Assembly: GCA_964610875.1 (NCBI GenBank) | Contig: CAZSWP010000009.1 | Span: 33,058 to 97,057 of the forward strand | Direction: 5' to 3' | From: an uncultured archaeon | GTDB taxonomy: Archaea > Asgardarchaeota > Thorarchaeia > Thorarchaeales > Thorarchaeaceae | Length of the DNA: 64,000 nt | In this document: one piece after another, positions 38,351 through 47,396 of the stretch | How positions within the stretch are numbered: the first letter of the stretch is position 1 | Layout: each line of letters starts with the position of its first letter | Notes under the pieces: generated by a model | Databases searched by the model: none | What the model was told of the DNA's origin: nothing | What the model saw: the letters and a program-made list of their open reading frames with translations, nothing else | Program-made: the position numbers and the translations under genes

Positions 38351-39130
38351 CTATGTATCAGGGAAAATCAGTTTCGTTATTTGTTTGTGCAAATCAACAT
38401 ACTCGTCGTTTCTGATTGCATGAATATGTATTAGAAACTCGTACATATCCAGTACTTCTTTGTCAGCGATATCCCCTTTGATTTTAGCAGCTACTTTTGA
38501 TCTACCATCATATTGCATCATGAATATCTTATATCGCAAGTCTTCCAGCATTTTTTGTTGTTCTTCAGTGAGGTCTAAATCAAATACTTTCATCATTCGC
38601 TCTGTGTATTTTGATAATTTCTTGCGCATGTGTTTCTCATCATGCATCAGCATTCCGGTAGTCAACACAAATCCCTTTGCTGTGCGTCTGTAATAGTCCG
38701 TTGTTCTTTTCCCAGTAGTTATTGTTCCAAATTTGATAATAAAACCAGCATCAATTAGTTTCGGCAGATGATGATATACTTGATTTTTAGTGATATCTTC
38801 GATATCTTCATGCACTCCAGATTTTTTCACAATCTCTACCACTGAGAGTGCATAACGAGTAACATCGCGTTGACGGATAATTGTGTCACCAGTCGCCTCA
38901 TCGGTTGTCTTTGTTGTCTTTGTGTCAGGGACACCTCTTTTGAGCACAGTAATGATAGCATAACGTACAGGATCGTCTAATGTTTCTGCGCGTTCTTCAT
39001 CCCGCACAAAAATAATTTCATCTTGAGGTTTCTTTCCCTCTTCAGTTATTTCGAATTTTTTGTCATCCTTTTCTTCCTCCTCTATCTGGAAGGTATCCGT
39101 TATCTCGTCATTCATACTTGATTTCACCAT
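38351..39130 (-). CDS. ArsR-like winged-helix transcriptional regulator
   Basis: LDDPVRYAIITVL, KNQVYHHLPKLIDAGFI, YYRRTAKGF. Confidence 0.8.
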   Translation of the reverse strand: MVKSSMNDEITDTFQIEEEEKDDKKFEITEEGKKPQDEIIFVRDEERAETLDDPVRYAIITVLKRGVPDTKTTKTTDEATGDTIIRQRDVTRYALSVVEIVKKSGVHEDIEDITKNQVYHHLPKLIDAGFIIKFGTITTGKRTTDYYRRTAKGFVLTTGMLMHDEKHMRKKLSKYTERMMKVFDLDLTEEQQKMLEDLRYKIFMMQYDGRSKVAAKIKGDIADKEVLDMYEFLIHIHAIRNDEYVDLHKQITKLIFPDT

Positions 39131-39221
39131 GCTCGAATGTAATTATTTCGTCTTCTCTTGATATCCTTAACACATTTTGGTTATTAAAGCCTTTTTATTT
39201 ACACACCAATTTACATAATTA

Positions 39222-39283
39222 GTAATAACTACAATGTTTTTTATTACAAATGGTTTTACATACAAACCTTTATATATAAAGGT
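39222..39283. promoter_or_regulatory. Divergent promoter region with palindromic TATA element and inverted repeat
   Basis: Perfect 18-bp palindrome ACCTTTATATATAAAGGT (39266-39283); inverted repeat GTAATAA-N12-TTATTAC (39222-39247). Confidence 0.6.
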
Positions 39284-39319
39284 GTATATCATATAAATAC
39301 AATAACTCGGTGAATAACA

Positions 39320-39427
39320 ATGTCTATTGAAAAGAATGCCCGAAAGTTCGATGAGAAGATGAACAAGTCCATTGCTCAGTTCCCGTCAACTGATGCAATT
39401 GCCTATAGCTACAAATACAGGAGGTAA
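39320..39427 (+). CDS. 35-aa micropeptide 1
   Basis: GGTGA RBS, ATG start; MSIEKNARKFDEKMNKSIAQFPSTDAIAYSYKYRR. Confidence 0.65.
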   Translation: MSIEKNARKFDEKMNKSIAQFPSTDAIAYSYKYRR

Positions 39428-39432
39428 ATAAT

Positions 39433-39525
39433 CTGGCACTAGCAAAACAGGTCAAGAAGAGCAACAAACAAGCTCCAAAGAAAATCTCTACTGACGCCAT
39501 TAGTTTTCAGTATCTCTACAGGTAG
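39433..39525 (+). CDS. 30-aa micropeptide 2 (probable CTG start), homologous to micropeptide 1
   Basis: GGAGGT RBS 7 nt before CTG; (M)ALAKQVKKSNKQAPKKISTDAISFQYLYR. Confidence 0.55.
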   Translation: MALAKQVKKSNKQAPKKISTDAISFQYLYR

Positions 39526-39531
39526 ATTACA

Positions 39532-39651
39532 ATGACAAATGAACAAACCGTTATTGATACTGACCTGAACAGCATAAGGGACATGGAACGTGCGAAACCC
39601 TCCAATAATCAAGTAACTTTGAAAGAAATACTCCTCTGGGAAGCAACCTAG
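39532..39651 (+). CDS. 39-aa micropeptide 3
   Basis: AGGT RBS, ATG start; MTNEQTVIDTDLNSIRDMERAKPSNNQVTLKEILLWEAT. Confidence 0.45.
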   Translation: MTNEQTVIDTDLNSIRDMERAKPSNNQVTLKEILLWEAT

Positions 39652-39665
39652 AGGAGGACTTTTTT
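39631..39665 (+). terminator. Hairpin plus T-tract ending the micropeptide operon
   Basis: CTCCTCTGGG-AAGCAA-CCTAGAGGAG followed by GACTTTTTT. Confidence 0.55.
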
Positions 39666-39680
39666 ATTCAATATTCATAT

Positions 39681-40490
39681 CTATTTTTTGAGAATCAATT
39701 GGTAAAAGGTTTCTCCCATAACATACGAGATTTCGATATCTCTCGCCGTATCAGGAATCTGTTCCAATGGTGGTCTATAGGCAAAGAGTGTATTTTGCTC
39801 AATGATTGCTTTCCCCCTATCTGTATTTCTCAGTTTGGGCGATAGTCCTTCATCAATTATTATTACAATACCTCCCTTTCTAGTCACACGTAGCATCTCT
39901 TCCATTGCCTTGGTGATATCTGAAAACGTGTTTATGCCACCGGAATGTAAGACAACATCGAAATAATTTCCAGTGTATGGTAAATTGAACACACTTGCTC
40001 TAATTAATCCCGCCGGAATGTTGGATTTCATCATCTTTTCTCTTGCTACTGCCAACATTCCCTCTGAAACATCAAGGCCGTGAATTTCTATCCTTTCAAG
40101 TCCATCTTTGAGATATTTTTTGAGCGCAACGACATTGGCCCCTGTACCAATACTAACCTCCAGCATTCTTACATTACCTTCATGAGGAATCATAACACCA
40201 ATTTGTTCCCGTTCTCTCATGATATCGATCCCAAGGAAATCATTGTACTGTAAAACGAGTTCATCATATCTTGGTGCCATCTCATCATATTCAGTGACCC
40301 ATTTCTGATCCTCTTTTATTAGAGGGGGATGTAACAGTCTTGGAATCCCTGTGATGACATCCCATTGATGTCCTTTATCGCAACATAGTGATGCTTCTTC
40401 TATCTCTGTGGTTTCCAAGCGAACATCAGTGAGTTTCAGGTTTCTCTGACAGATTGGACACCTGATGGGTTTGAAAAAATCCCTCTTCAT
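39681..40490 (-). CDS. Class I SAM methyltransferase with N-terminal Trm112-like Zn module
   Basis: IRCPICQ...CCDKGH..GIPRL, LEVSIGTG, GLDVSEGML, FDVV; start placed at ATG 40490. Confidence 0.85.
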   Translation of the reverse strand: MKRDFFKPIRCPICQRNLKLTDVRLETTEIEEASLCCDKGHQWDVITGIPRLLHPPLIKEDQKWVTEYDEMAPRYDELVLQYNDFLGIDIMREREQIGVMIPHEGNVRMLEVSIGTGANVVALKKYLKDGLERIEIHGLDVSEGMLAVAREKMMKSNIPAGLIRASVFNLPYTGNYFDVVLHSGGINTFSDITKAMEEMLRVTRKGGIVIIIDEGLSPKLRNTDRGKAIIEQNTLFAYRPPLEQIPDTARDIEISYVMGETFYQLILKK

Positions 40491-40634
40491 TTTGAACAAT
40501 CTCAAAATTCCATGGTCTGACTTTCTAGGTATAAGTATACTTATGGAAGCACTATTGATTATAATGCAATATCTAAAACAAATCAAAAAACTAGGTGATA
40601 AAGGAAATTTGAAGAAATCGATTATGAGATGATT

Positions 40635-41705
40635 TTAAGAACTATCTTCGAAATCATTCATTTCATTGATAATCTGTTCAAGATATCTACTTTGATAATT
40701 CTCCTTTTCCAATGAATATCCTTCGATCAACTCTGGTTCATTAATGTTCAAGATGTCTTCTTCAGAAATCTGAATGATCGGATCATTGGCCCAGCTTAGT
40801 ATACCTACAACAGAGGGAGTCAGATTCACCAGCATTAGTGTCAATGAAAATGACACTATAATGGTTGGGTCTGCACCTATTCTTCCTAGCATAAATAGTA
40901 ACACTCCTTCTCGAATTCCAAGTCCTTGTACTGATATTGGAATTGCTGTGAGCATTGTAGATAGGCCAAGAGAAATAGCCAGATAGTACCAGGTGACATC
41001 TATGCCATATGCACATGCGAGAATGTATGCTTGTACTGTAAAGACCCCCCATGAACCAAGGGCAAAGAGAAGGCTTATGGTGATATTTCTTCCGCCTATT
41101 GACCTAAGTAATGAAGGGATACTAAAAAGGAATTTACCTGTTATGCCCTCGGTCATCAGCTTTCTTGTCCTAGCTTTGACAACCCAGTTCCATACGGTAG
41201 CTTTCAAAAAGCGATACATTAGGTACACTCCCACAATCCATATTGTCACAATCAATAGTCCTTCTAATGTCACATCAAAATCAAACACATATAATATGGC
41301 AAGTACTCCAGCTGACCATGGAACGATTGATCCTAGAATTGCATCAATAATCAAGCTCACGATTGATTTGTCTGTTGGATTTCCTCTATTGGTCATATAT
41401 GGGACTCTTACAAGGTCTCCAATACTACCCGGAAGGGCGAGATTCATCATCTGTGAAATGCATAGAGCTTCTGTTGCTCTGATTGCTGAAATTCTCAGTC
41501 CAAGTCCCTGAGAAATTGCTTCCCACCTCGCACCCTTCAGAATCATTATTGGAGCAACAAGGCCGATTAATAGGAGTGTGATTAAGGGTGAAAGGTTGAA
41601 TGAAGCCTCAAGCATCATCTGAACATCTATACCTAGAAGTATGTATATGAATACGAATACACCTATCAAGCGCAGGGCGTGCCGCGCAATCATACTTCGA
41701 CGCAA
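40635..41705 (-). CDS. UPF0104 / lysylphosphatidylglycerol synthase TM-domain (flippase-like) protein
   Basis: KGARW, NLALPGSIGDLVR, IPISVQGLGIREG. Confidence 0.85.
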   Translation of the reverse strand: MRRSMIARHALRLIGVFVFIYILLGIDVQMMLEASFNLSPLITLLLIGLVAPIMILKGARWEAISQGLGLRISAIRATEALCISQMMNLALPGSIGDLVRVPYMTNRGNPTDKSIVSLIIDAILGSIVPWSAGVLAILYVFDFDVTLEGLLIVTIWIVGVYLMYRFLKATVWNWVVKARTRKLMTEGITGKFLFSIPSLLRSIGGRNITISLLFALGSWGVFTVQAYILACAYGIDVTWYYLAISLGLSTMLTAIPISVQGLGIREGVLLFMLGRIGADPTIIVSFSLTLMLVNLTPSVVGILSWANDPIIQISEEDILNINEPELIEGYSLEKENYQSRYLEQIINEMNDFEDSS

Positions 41706-41707
41706 TT

Positions 41708-41947
41708 CTATCCCTCACACAGCACAATGACTATTGCATTTGGGTTCTCACTGCCACACTCATCCCTGTACTTCTTTTTGTGCTTCCATATTTTAGTTAC
41801 TCGGTTATGTCCTTTTTTGATCCAATTTATTCCGATGCAAAGTGTAACCATTGACAAAAGACCGCAGCTAGACGCTCCAGTTCCATTTGTACTTGGTTTT
41901 CCCATCCCATTTGGGGACGAAATATTGTAAGCCACGGCAGATTTCAT
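41708..41947 (-). CDS. Small hypothetical protein
   Basis: Fits tightly, co-oriented, between two genes; no recognisable motif. Confidence 0.35.
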   Translation of the reverse strand: MKSAVAYNISSPNGMGKPSTNGTGASSCGLLSMVTLCIGINWIKKGHNRVTKIWKHKKKYRDECGSENPNAIVIVLCEG

Positions 41948-41963
41948 TGAATTCTGGTGCCTC

Positions 41964-43004
41964 TTAGCTCCCTAGCACATATTCTATGTAAGCTGATGCT
42001 CCATCATCAACTCGATAGAACTCAGCAAATATCCTGAAGACATCATTAACTATATGATTGAAATCTCTTGGTTCATCGTTAAAATGCCTAGAGAAGATAT
42101 ATTTTGACATTTCTTCAGCTTCAATACCAATCTCCTTCAGTAATGCAATGTGTTCATCTTTGAAGTGTGATTTCTTCGGGATATACTGACCTCCTGAAAT
42201 TTGGAAGTATAGCGACTCTCCTTTTTTCTTATATTGAAAGTTTACCCAACAACCGTCAATAACAACCATGCAATAGTTCCCTCCCTTGGCTGATTTAGTC
42301 AGGTTCTCCAAGGCATACGCTGGACCCTCTTTGGGCCTTGCTCCAAGTTCTCGACTGGTTTCAAGGCGTCGTGCAATCTCCCCTATCTTACTCTCCCCTG
42401 AACCACCGGAACCTTCTTGCTGCCCTCCTAATGACTCCATCATTTTCACTAGCTTGGTACTATACAGACCTTTTCTTAATCCGTCCTCAATCTCACGTTC
42501 AGCAGCTTGTTGAATCTGTGCGACAAGCTCCGGATTGTCGAGGAATATCTGACGCACCTCCTCAATTTCTGGAACTTGTTCTACGTAATGTTCTCCCTCA
42601 TGGTCTACAACTGAATAGTAACTTTCAGTCTTTATTATCATACCATATGCGTTCAATGTAGCAGTTTCATCTTTCAGACGCTCCGTTTTTGTTGCCAACA
42701 CCAATTGTTTATCGAATCCAAGGATTTTGTGACGATAGTATAATGTGATATCTTTCAAATGATGTGTTGAGTCCTCTGAGAAGAATTCGAATACAACTGG
42801 AAAGCAAGCATACATGGGATAATAGTCTGGAACTACCTCAAATCCGACTCTCTGTTGATGAAATGCCATAGCACTCGCAGTGACCATGAAGAATCGGGGC
42901 ATGTTAAGAAATCTTATGGTGAACCTATTATCGCCAAACTTGACCATTTCGAGTTTATCTGAATGTTTAATTCTTTGAGCCGTGATTGATTGTGCTGTCA
43001 TCAT
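41964..43004 (-). CDS. Hypothetical protein; C-terminal domain loosely resembles the YbjN/T3SS-chaperone fold
   Basis: 346-aa ORF; GS linker followed by WVNFQ...LYFQISGGQY...FRIFAEFY. Confidence 0.6.
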   Translation of the reverse strand: MMTAQSITAQRIKHSDKLEMVKFGDNRFTIRFLNMPRFFMVTASAMAFHQQRVGFEVVPDYYPMYACFPVVFEFFSEDSTHHLKDITLYYRHKILGFDKQLVLATKTERLKDETATLNAYGMIIKTESYYSVVDHEGEHYVEQVPEIEEVRQIFLDNPELVAQIQQAAEREIEDGLRKGLYSTKLVKMMESLGGQQEGSGGSGESKIGEIARRLETSRELGARPKEGPAYALENLTKSAKGGNYCMVVIDGCWVNFQYKKKGESLYFQISGGQYIPKKSHFKDEHIALLKEIGIEAEEMSKYIFSRHFNDEPRDFNHIVNDVFRIFAEFYRVDDGASAYIEYVLGS

Positions 43005-43032
43005 TATGAAATTGGGTTGCTAGCAGCTCCAA

Positions 43033-43210
43033 AAATCCTAGACAAAGCTAGACATGTTTCACTGGGAGCTTATACACTTCAGGACGGAATCAATTCACAG
43101 GTCACCTGACACCGTTGTGTTGACCCCACGGAGTGACGTTCCAGTGCCGTCCCTGGACAGACAAAGCTCCGGTGTCCAGATTTGTCTAGCTTACAATGAA
43201 CGGTTTGATA
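43033..43210 (+). ncRNA. Putative structured RNA or non-autonomous repeat element, copy 2
   Basis: Homolog of 1285-1465; rod closed by CTAGACAAA (43038-46) / TTTGTCTAG (43181-89). Confidence 0.6.
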
Positions 43211-43461
43211 GGACCTCCTGAGATTCCTGTTATATTGCTAGGAAAGAATGCTAGGACTCCCGGCCAATTCACAATTCCTGCACTGGGTATTAGTATAGTG
43301 GGTTGTGCATCAATTGAATATGTGCCATTGAGTCCTTTGTCTGTTTTTTCAATATTAATGGTTATTTCGAAAGGGATGAGATATCTGACCTCGTGATTAT
43401 GATCATTGGTTCCTCTGGTGGTAATTATTCCTTCAAAGTACTCTCTTCCTGGACTTGACAC
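43186..43461 (-). pseudogene. Probable 3'-truncated ORF that ends inside element copy 2
   Basis: GTG start after GGAGG; the last residues IKPFIVS* are read from the conserved element tail. Confidence 0.35.
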
Positions 43462-43465
43462 CAGA

Positions 43466-44199
43466 TCACGCCTCCTCCTTCTCAGCAATCATTGTTGTCA
43501 GAACTGCTGTTTTTTCATCTAATTGCGAGATGACGTCCGTAAGCTCTTCATTCTGTTTCTCCACATTTTCTGAGATATTCTTTAGCTTCTCCTGCATCTC
43601 TTCTGAAACTGAGAGGTCATCTTGCGATCTCTTGAAAGCTTTTTCCATCATTTTGCGGATAGACTTCATCCTCTTTTCAGACTCTTTTCTTGCATCCTTT
43701 GAAGATATAGATCCTTTGATTAATTCCGCTCTAACTTTTTCAAAGTCATGGATTTCTTTATTGAACTCAGAGAAATAATCAGAAGTAGAGTGATCAAATG
43801 TTTCTCTTTGCTGTTTTGAAACTGTATCAAGCTTTGATATTAGTTCTTGAATCTCCTGAGTCGTTCCACCAAATTTGACTCTGAAATCACCACCTACAGG
43901 TTTTCGTTCTTTCTTTTTCTCCTGTGGTTTCTCCGGTTTTACTTCTGATTTCTCAGGTTCAGGTTTCTCTTCTTTCATACCGGGTATATCAAAACTGAAT
44001 CCCATTTTTCCCATTGAAGCTTTGATTTTTTGAGCTTGATAGTCCGAAAATACAGTTGCTCTAATTCTTTATTGGAAACTTCATCATCGGGACCAAGCAT
44101 CCCTGCATCAATTAGTTCCTTCTTCCAGCGTGCTCTCATCTGTCCATAAAATCCATTACACCAACTCCTTGGCCACGCTATCCAGTATTCTCCATACTG
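43466..44199 (-). pseudogene. Frameshifted coiled-coil hypothetical protein (main ORF 43466-44014)
   Basis: Upstream frame QYGEYWIAWPRSW...MRARWKKELIDAG...EQLYF joins the main ORF if one T is added to the run at 44047-44050. Confidence 0.5.
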
Positions 44200-44336
44200 T
44201 TAAATTATGCAATTATTTTTTGGTTAATTAGTGTTGGCACAGAAGTAGGATTTTGTCCAAATCAGTGCTGATTGTATTTTTGGTCATAGTTTTGCCATGT
44301 ATCAATGATTATTAGTATACAAAACGAGTTGGTTTC

Positions 44337-45731
44337 ATGCCATATCGAAGAACAAAGATGCATCGAGTAATCTCATGGGCATTGGCTGTCTTCTCCTTAG
44401 CTACCGTAACAACTGGATATAGTCTTGCTAGAGGTTGGTTATCTGAAATTTACACAATATCTGCAATTCATAGAGTCTTCGAGATTGGTTTCATTGTAAC
44501 GATGGTACTTCATATTGGAATCACGTTGAAATATTATGGTCTGAACTACCGCAAAATGGTAAAGATGCTTAAGGAAAGGCGTGGTACTAAGATTCATGGA
44601 TTAAGACTTGTACAACGCATTTCAAGCTGGTTGATTGTTATCTTCGCTCTTCTGATCATAATACCCGGATTGAATGGGTATCCTATCTTTGCACAGGTTC
44701 TCGAAAATGTAATTCCTTTTAAACTACACACCGTTTTTGATTTTCTTCTTGTTTCAGTAATCATTATTCATATTGGGGTCGGTCTGAAATTCGCAGCAAT
44801 ACGCAAACGCATGACAGGTATCAAAGTCGATGTTCCCATTGCAGCATTAGTAATATCCCTTCTCTTGGTCACAGTCATGCTAGAAGTAACTCAGACACCC
44901 ATACCTCTCTCTGGTGGCCAGAACCCCTTCCCCCCTCATGGCGTAATTCCCGTTGATTCTTTTGGCAATGTTACCGGCTATATCACTGTTGGGGCGTATC
45001 AGTATAGTTTCAATTCAGATAATGTAGAAACTACACGTCCAGATATATTCAGGCCTGGTGCATTCTCTATGTTTGACGTTTTGGTGCATGTTGCAAGCAA
45101 GAGTTCCATTGACCTTGTCTACTATTTCAATGAGAGTATGAACACTCATGTAATTGATTCAATAAATGGGACTGAAAATTGGTGGTATATGGCGTGGTAT
45201 AGTGGAGGTTGGCCCGAACGAAATGTATACCGCATGGACCATTATCACTGGAAGAATGGAACCACTCTCGAAATGTATCAGGAATCAGAGGAATATCTGG
45301 AGTCTATTTACGCTTCTTACATTGAAGAAGCCGATAGATTACAGCATAACAATGGTTCAATAACTATTCCAGAGGTAAATATCTATGGTAATACCTTTAG
45401 AAAGGAATTTTTCAACGTTTCAATCACTGCTCATGGTCTAAGGAATGACATCTTCCAACCATCTGTGATAACTGCAATAGACATCATAATGTCATTGGGC
45501 GATGCGGGGGAAATTACCTATCAATTGACTTGGTATGATGAAATTGGAAGAGCTGGCGTGGTACGTAACTATTTTGTCACCGCAATCGATATGGATGTAG
45601 CTGTGGGTACATGTGGTTTTGTCTACGAAGCAGGTGACGCTGATCTTGGTCGTAATCATATTCACCTGCCGTCAGATTCCCGTGTGCTGAACGCACCTGA
45701 ATATTCCCTATGGTTCTGGATATGTCTATAG
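44337..45731 (+). CDS. Membrane protein: cytochrome b-like His-bearing TM region plus duplicated extracellular domain
   Basis: TM His pairs AIHRV/VLHIG and KLHTV/IIHIG; repeated FDVL..IDLVYYF / IDII..ITYQLTW units. Confidence 0.6.
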   Translation: MPYRRTKMHRVISWALAVFSLATVTTGYSLARGWLSEIYTISAIHRVFEIGFIVTMVLHIGITLKYYGLNYRKMVKMLKERRGTKIHGLRLVQRISSWLIVIFALLIIIPGLNGYPIFAQVLENVIPFKLHTVFDFLLVSVIIIHIGVGLKFAAIRKRMTGIKVDVPIAALVISLLLVTVMLEVTQTPIPLSGGQNPFPPHGVIPVDSFGNVTGYITVGAYQYSFNSDNVETTRPDIFRPGAFSMFDVLVHVASKSSIDLVYYFNESMNTHVIDSINGTENWWYMAWYSGGWPERNVYRMDHYHWKNGTTLEMYQESEEYLESIYASYIEEADRLQHNNGSITIPEVNIYGNTFRKEFFNVSITAHGLRNDIFQPSVITAIDIIMSLGDAGEITYQLTWYDEIGRAGVVRNYFVTAIDMDVAVGTCGFVYEAGDADLGRNHIHLPSDSRVLNAPEYSLWFWICL

Positions 45732-45743
45732 CCTAAGAAAAAC

Positions 45744-46883
45744 TCAGTCTACTTCAGATACAGTCGTTACAACAACACAAGAATCATCTTTTCCATTGAA
45801 ATAGAATATGACAAAAGACACCATCGACATTACTGCGGCGTAGACTATGATTGGCAAGTATGTTGGCCAGATTACCCAAAGAATTGTAGCAATGATCGGA
45901 CCGATCACTCCTGAGATGGACAATATAGATTGCAAAAGTCCTGCTGCTGTTGACCTGTCCTCATTTCTCTCTGTGACATATTTTAGTGCTCCAACGTAAA
46001 GGCACGCCCATGCAAAACCAAGCAATACCTGAGATGGAAATATTTGCCAAATTTCTGTCACGAATGCAATCCAAGTGAAAGTCGCAGATGTTGCTAGTAA
46101 GCCAACTAGAACAAGTTTACGGCAGTCATATTTGTCAGTCATTCCAGCCATAAACACGACTTGTGATAGTGAGTTTGCAGCTTGAACCAACCCAATGGTG
46201 AACAAATCGCCTCCCAAATCAAAGAGAAAGAGTGGCCATAGCGTCCATAATGCAAATGCACTACTATGTCTAAGGAATATAGCAAGATAGACTGATGCAT
46301 TTCGTTTGAAAGTTTCTATTGGAAAGAGAGGAACTCTTACTGGTACTCGTTCGATTTTTGGAAGGGTCATTGCACTTCCGAATGCGACTACAAAGAACAA
46401 AGCTGCTACAGAGAATGCATAGTATATATTAAACCCTGCAGCATACCCTGCCAAAATATTTCCGGCTCCCCATCCAAGTGCACCAAATGAGGCAAACTTC
46501 CCCATTTTCATCTCTGACTCATAAGCATATGCTGCTAATGCTCCAGGATACATGCCTATGCAGAATCCATTCAAAACACGAACGATAAAGAGCACTTCAA
46601 GGGAGGCTGTGAAGATTATTAGCGCAAAACTGATTGTAGCAAGAAGAAGACCAACTCTTAGGATAATCCTTCTTCCGTAAATGTCTCCTGCTCGTCCAAA
46701 GAGATAACTGGAAACAAATGATGCAGTGGCATATGCACCGACCATGAGTGTGATGAAAAACTCGTTTGCTCCTAGCTGGTCTCTTGCAAGTATTGGAATA
46801 TAGGTGAAGGCTGAGAGTACTGCTGCTCCTGCCATTAGCTGGATTGTTTCAGTCTTCAACTCCACACACTTATTTTTCGGCAT
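45744..46883 (-). CDS. MFS transporter
   Basis: 12 TM pattern, FGRAGDIYGRR motif A. Confidence 0.9.
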   Translation of the reverse strand: MPKNKCVELKTETIQLMAGAAVLSAFTYIPILARDQLGANEFFITLMVGAYATASFVSSYLFGRAGDIYGRRIILRVGLLLATISFALIIFTASLEVLFIVRVLNGFCIGMYPGALAAYAYESEMKMGKFASFGALGWGAGNILAGYAAGFNIYYAFSVAALFFVVAFGSAMTLPKIERVPVRVPLFPIETFKRNASVYLAIFLRHSSAFALWTLWPLFLFDLGGDLFTIGLVQAANSLSQVVFMAGMTDKYDCRKLVLVGLLATSATFTWIAFVTEIWQIFPSQVLLGFAWACLYVGALKYVTERNEDRSTAAGLLQSILSISGVIGPIIATILWVIWPTYLPIIVYAAVMSMVSFVIFYFNGKDDSCVVVTTVSEVD

Positions 46884-46920
46884 GGATAGCCACTAATTAA
46901 GCGTCTGGTGTGAACAATTC

Positions 46921-47370
46921 TTGCAAAACCTTTTCTTCTTTCAAGAGAAGAATGTCACAGACTATAATCAGGACGTTTCAATCGTGGTATCACCTAGAGT
47001 CAAATTCATTGCAATAACTGTTGACGAGTTAATCTTAGTTCCAGTCGCATGGCTAATCATATACTATCTCGCACAAGAATGGTTTTGGATAAGTGTCGTT
47101 GTGGGAATTATTGGTGCTGCAATATTCGTTGCTGGAAAATACTATCTCATTTATCCAGAGCTACAGGAAGGGTCTAGCCACAAGCTCTACGATCTGAAAG
47201 GTATCAATGGTAAAGTCATTGCCACAGTTACTCCTACAAGCGGTAAAATCAAAGTTGGGCAGGAGATTTGGGAAGCTCGCTGCGACTCTGGAGAAATCTC
47301 AGTGGGTACAGAAGTTGAGATACTTGCTCGTGAGAGTATGAAGGTACGTGTTGTTCCAGCAAATGACTAG
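46921..47370 (+). CDS. NfeD family protein (short form)
   Basis: TM segments then GKVIATVTPTSGKIKVGQEIWEAR...GTEVEIL; real start may be ~46984. Confidence 0.85.
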   Translation: MQNLFFFQEKNVTDYNQDVSIVVSPRVKFIAITVDELILVPVAWLIIYYLAQEWFWISVVVGIIGAAIFVAGKYYLIYPELQEGSSHKLYDLKGINGKVIATVTPTSGKIKVGQEIWEARCDSGEISVGTEVEILARESMKVRVVPAND

Positions 47371-47396
47371 ATTGACGTGATTCCATATTTCCCAAA

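Noticed and set aside
43122-43156. Resemblance of GACCCCACGGAGTGACGTTCCAGTGCCGTCCCTG to HEARO/omegaRNA motifs, and of GAACGGTT to group II intron domain V
   Set aside because: The ACGG/CCGT stem is not kept in copy 1, there is no domain V 5' strand, and no IscB/TnpB/RT gene is nearby; left for a covariance-model search
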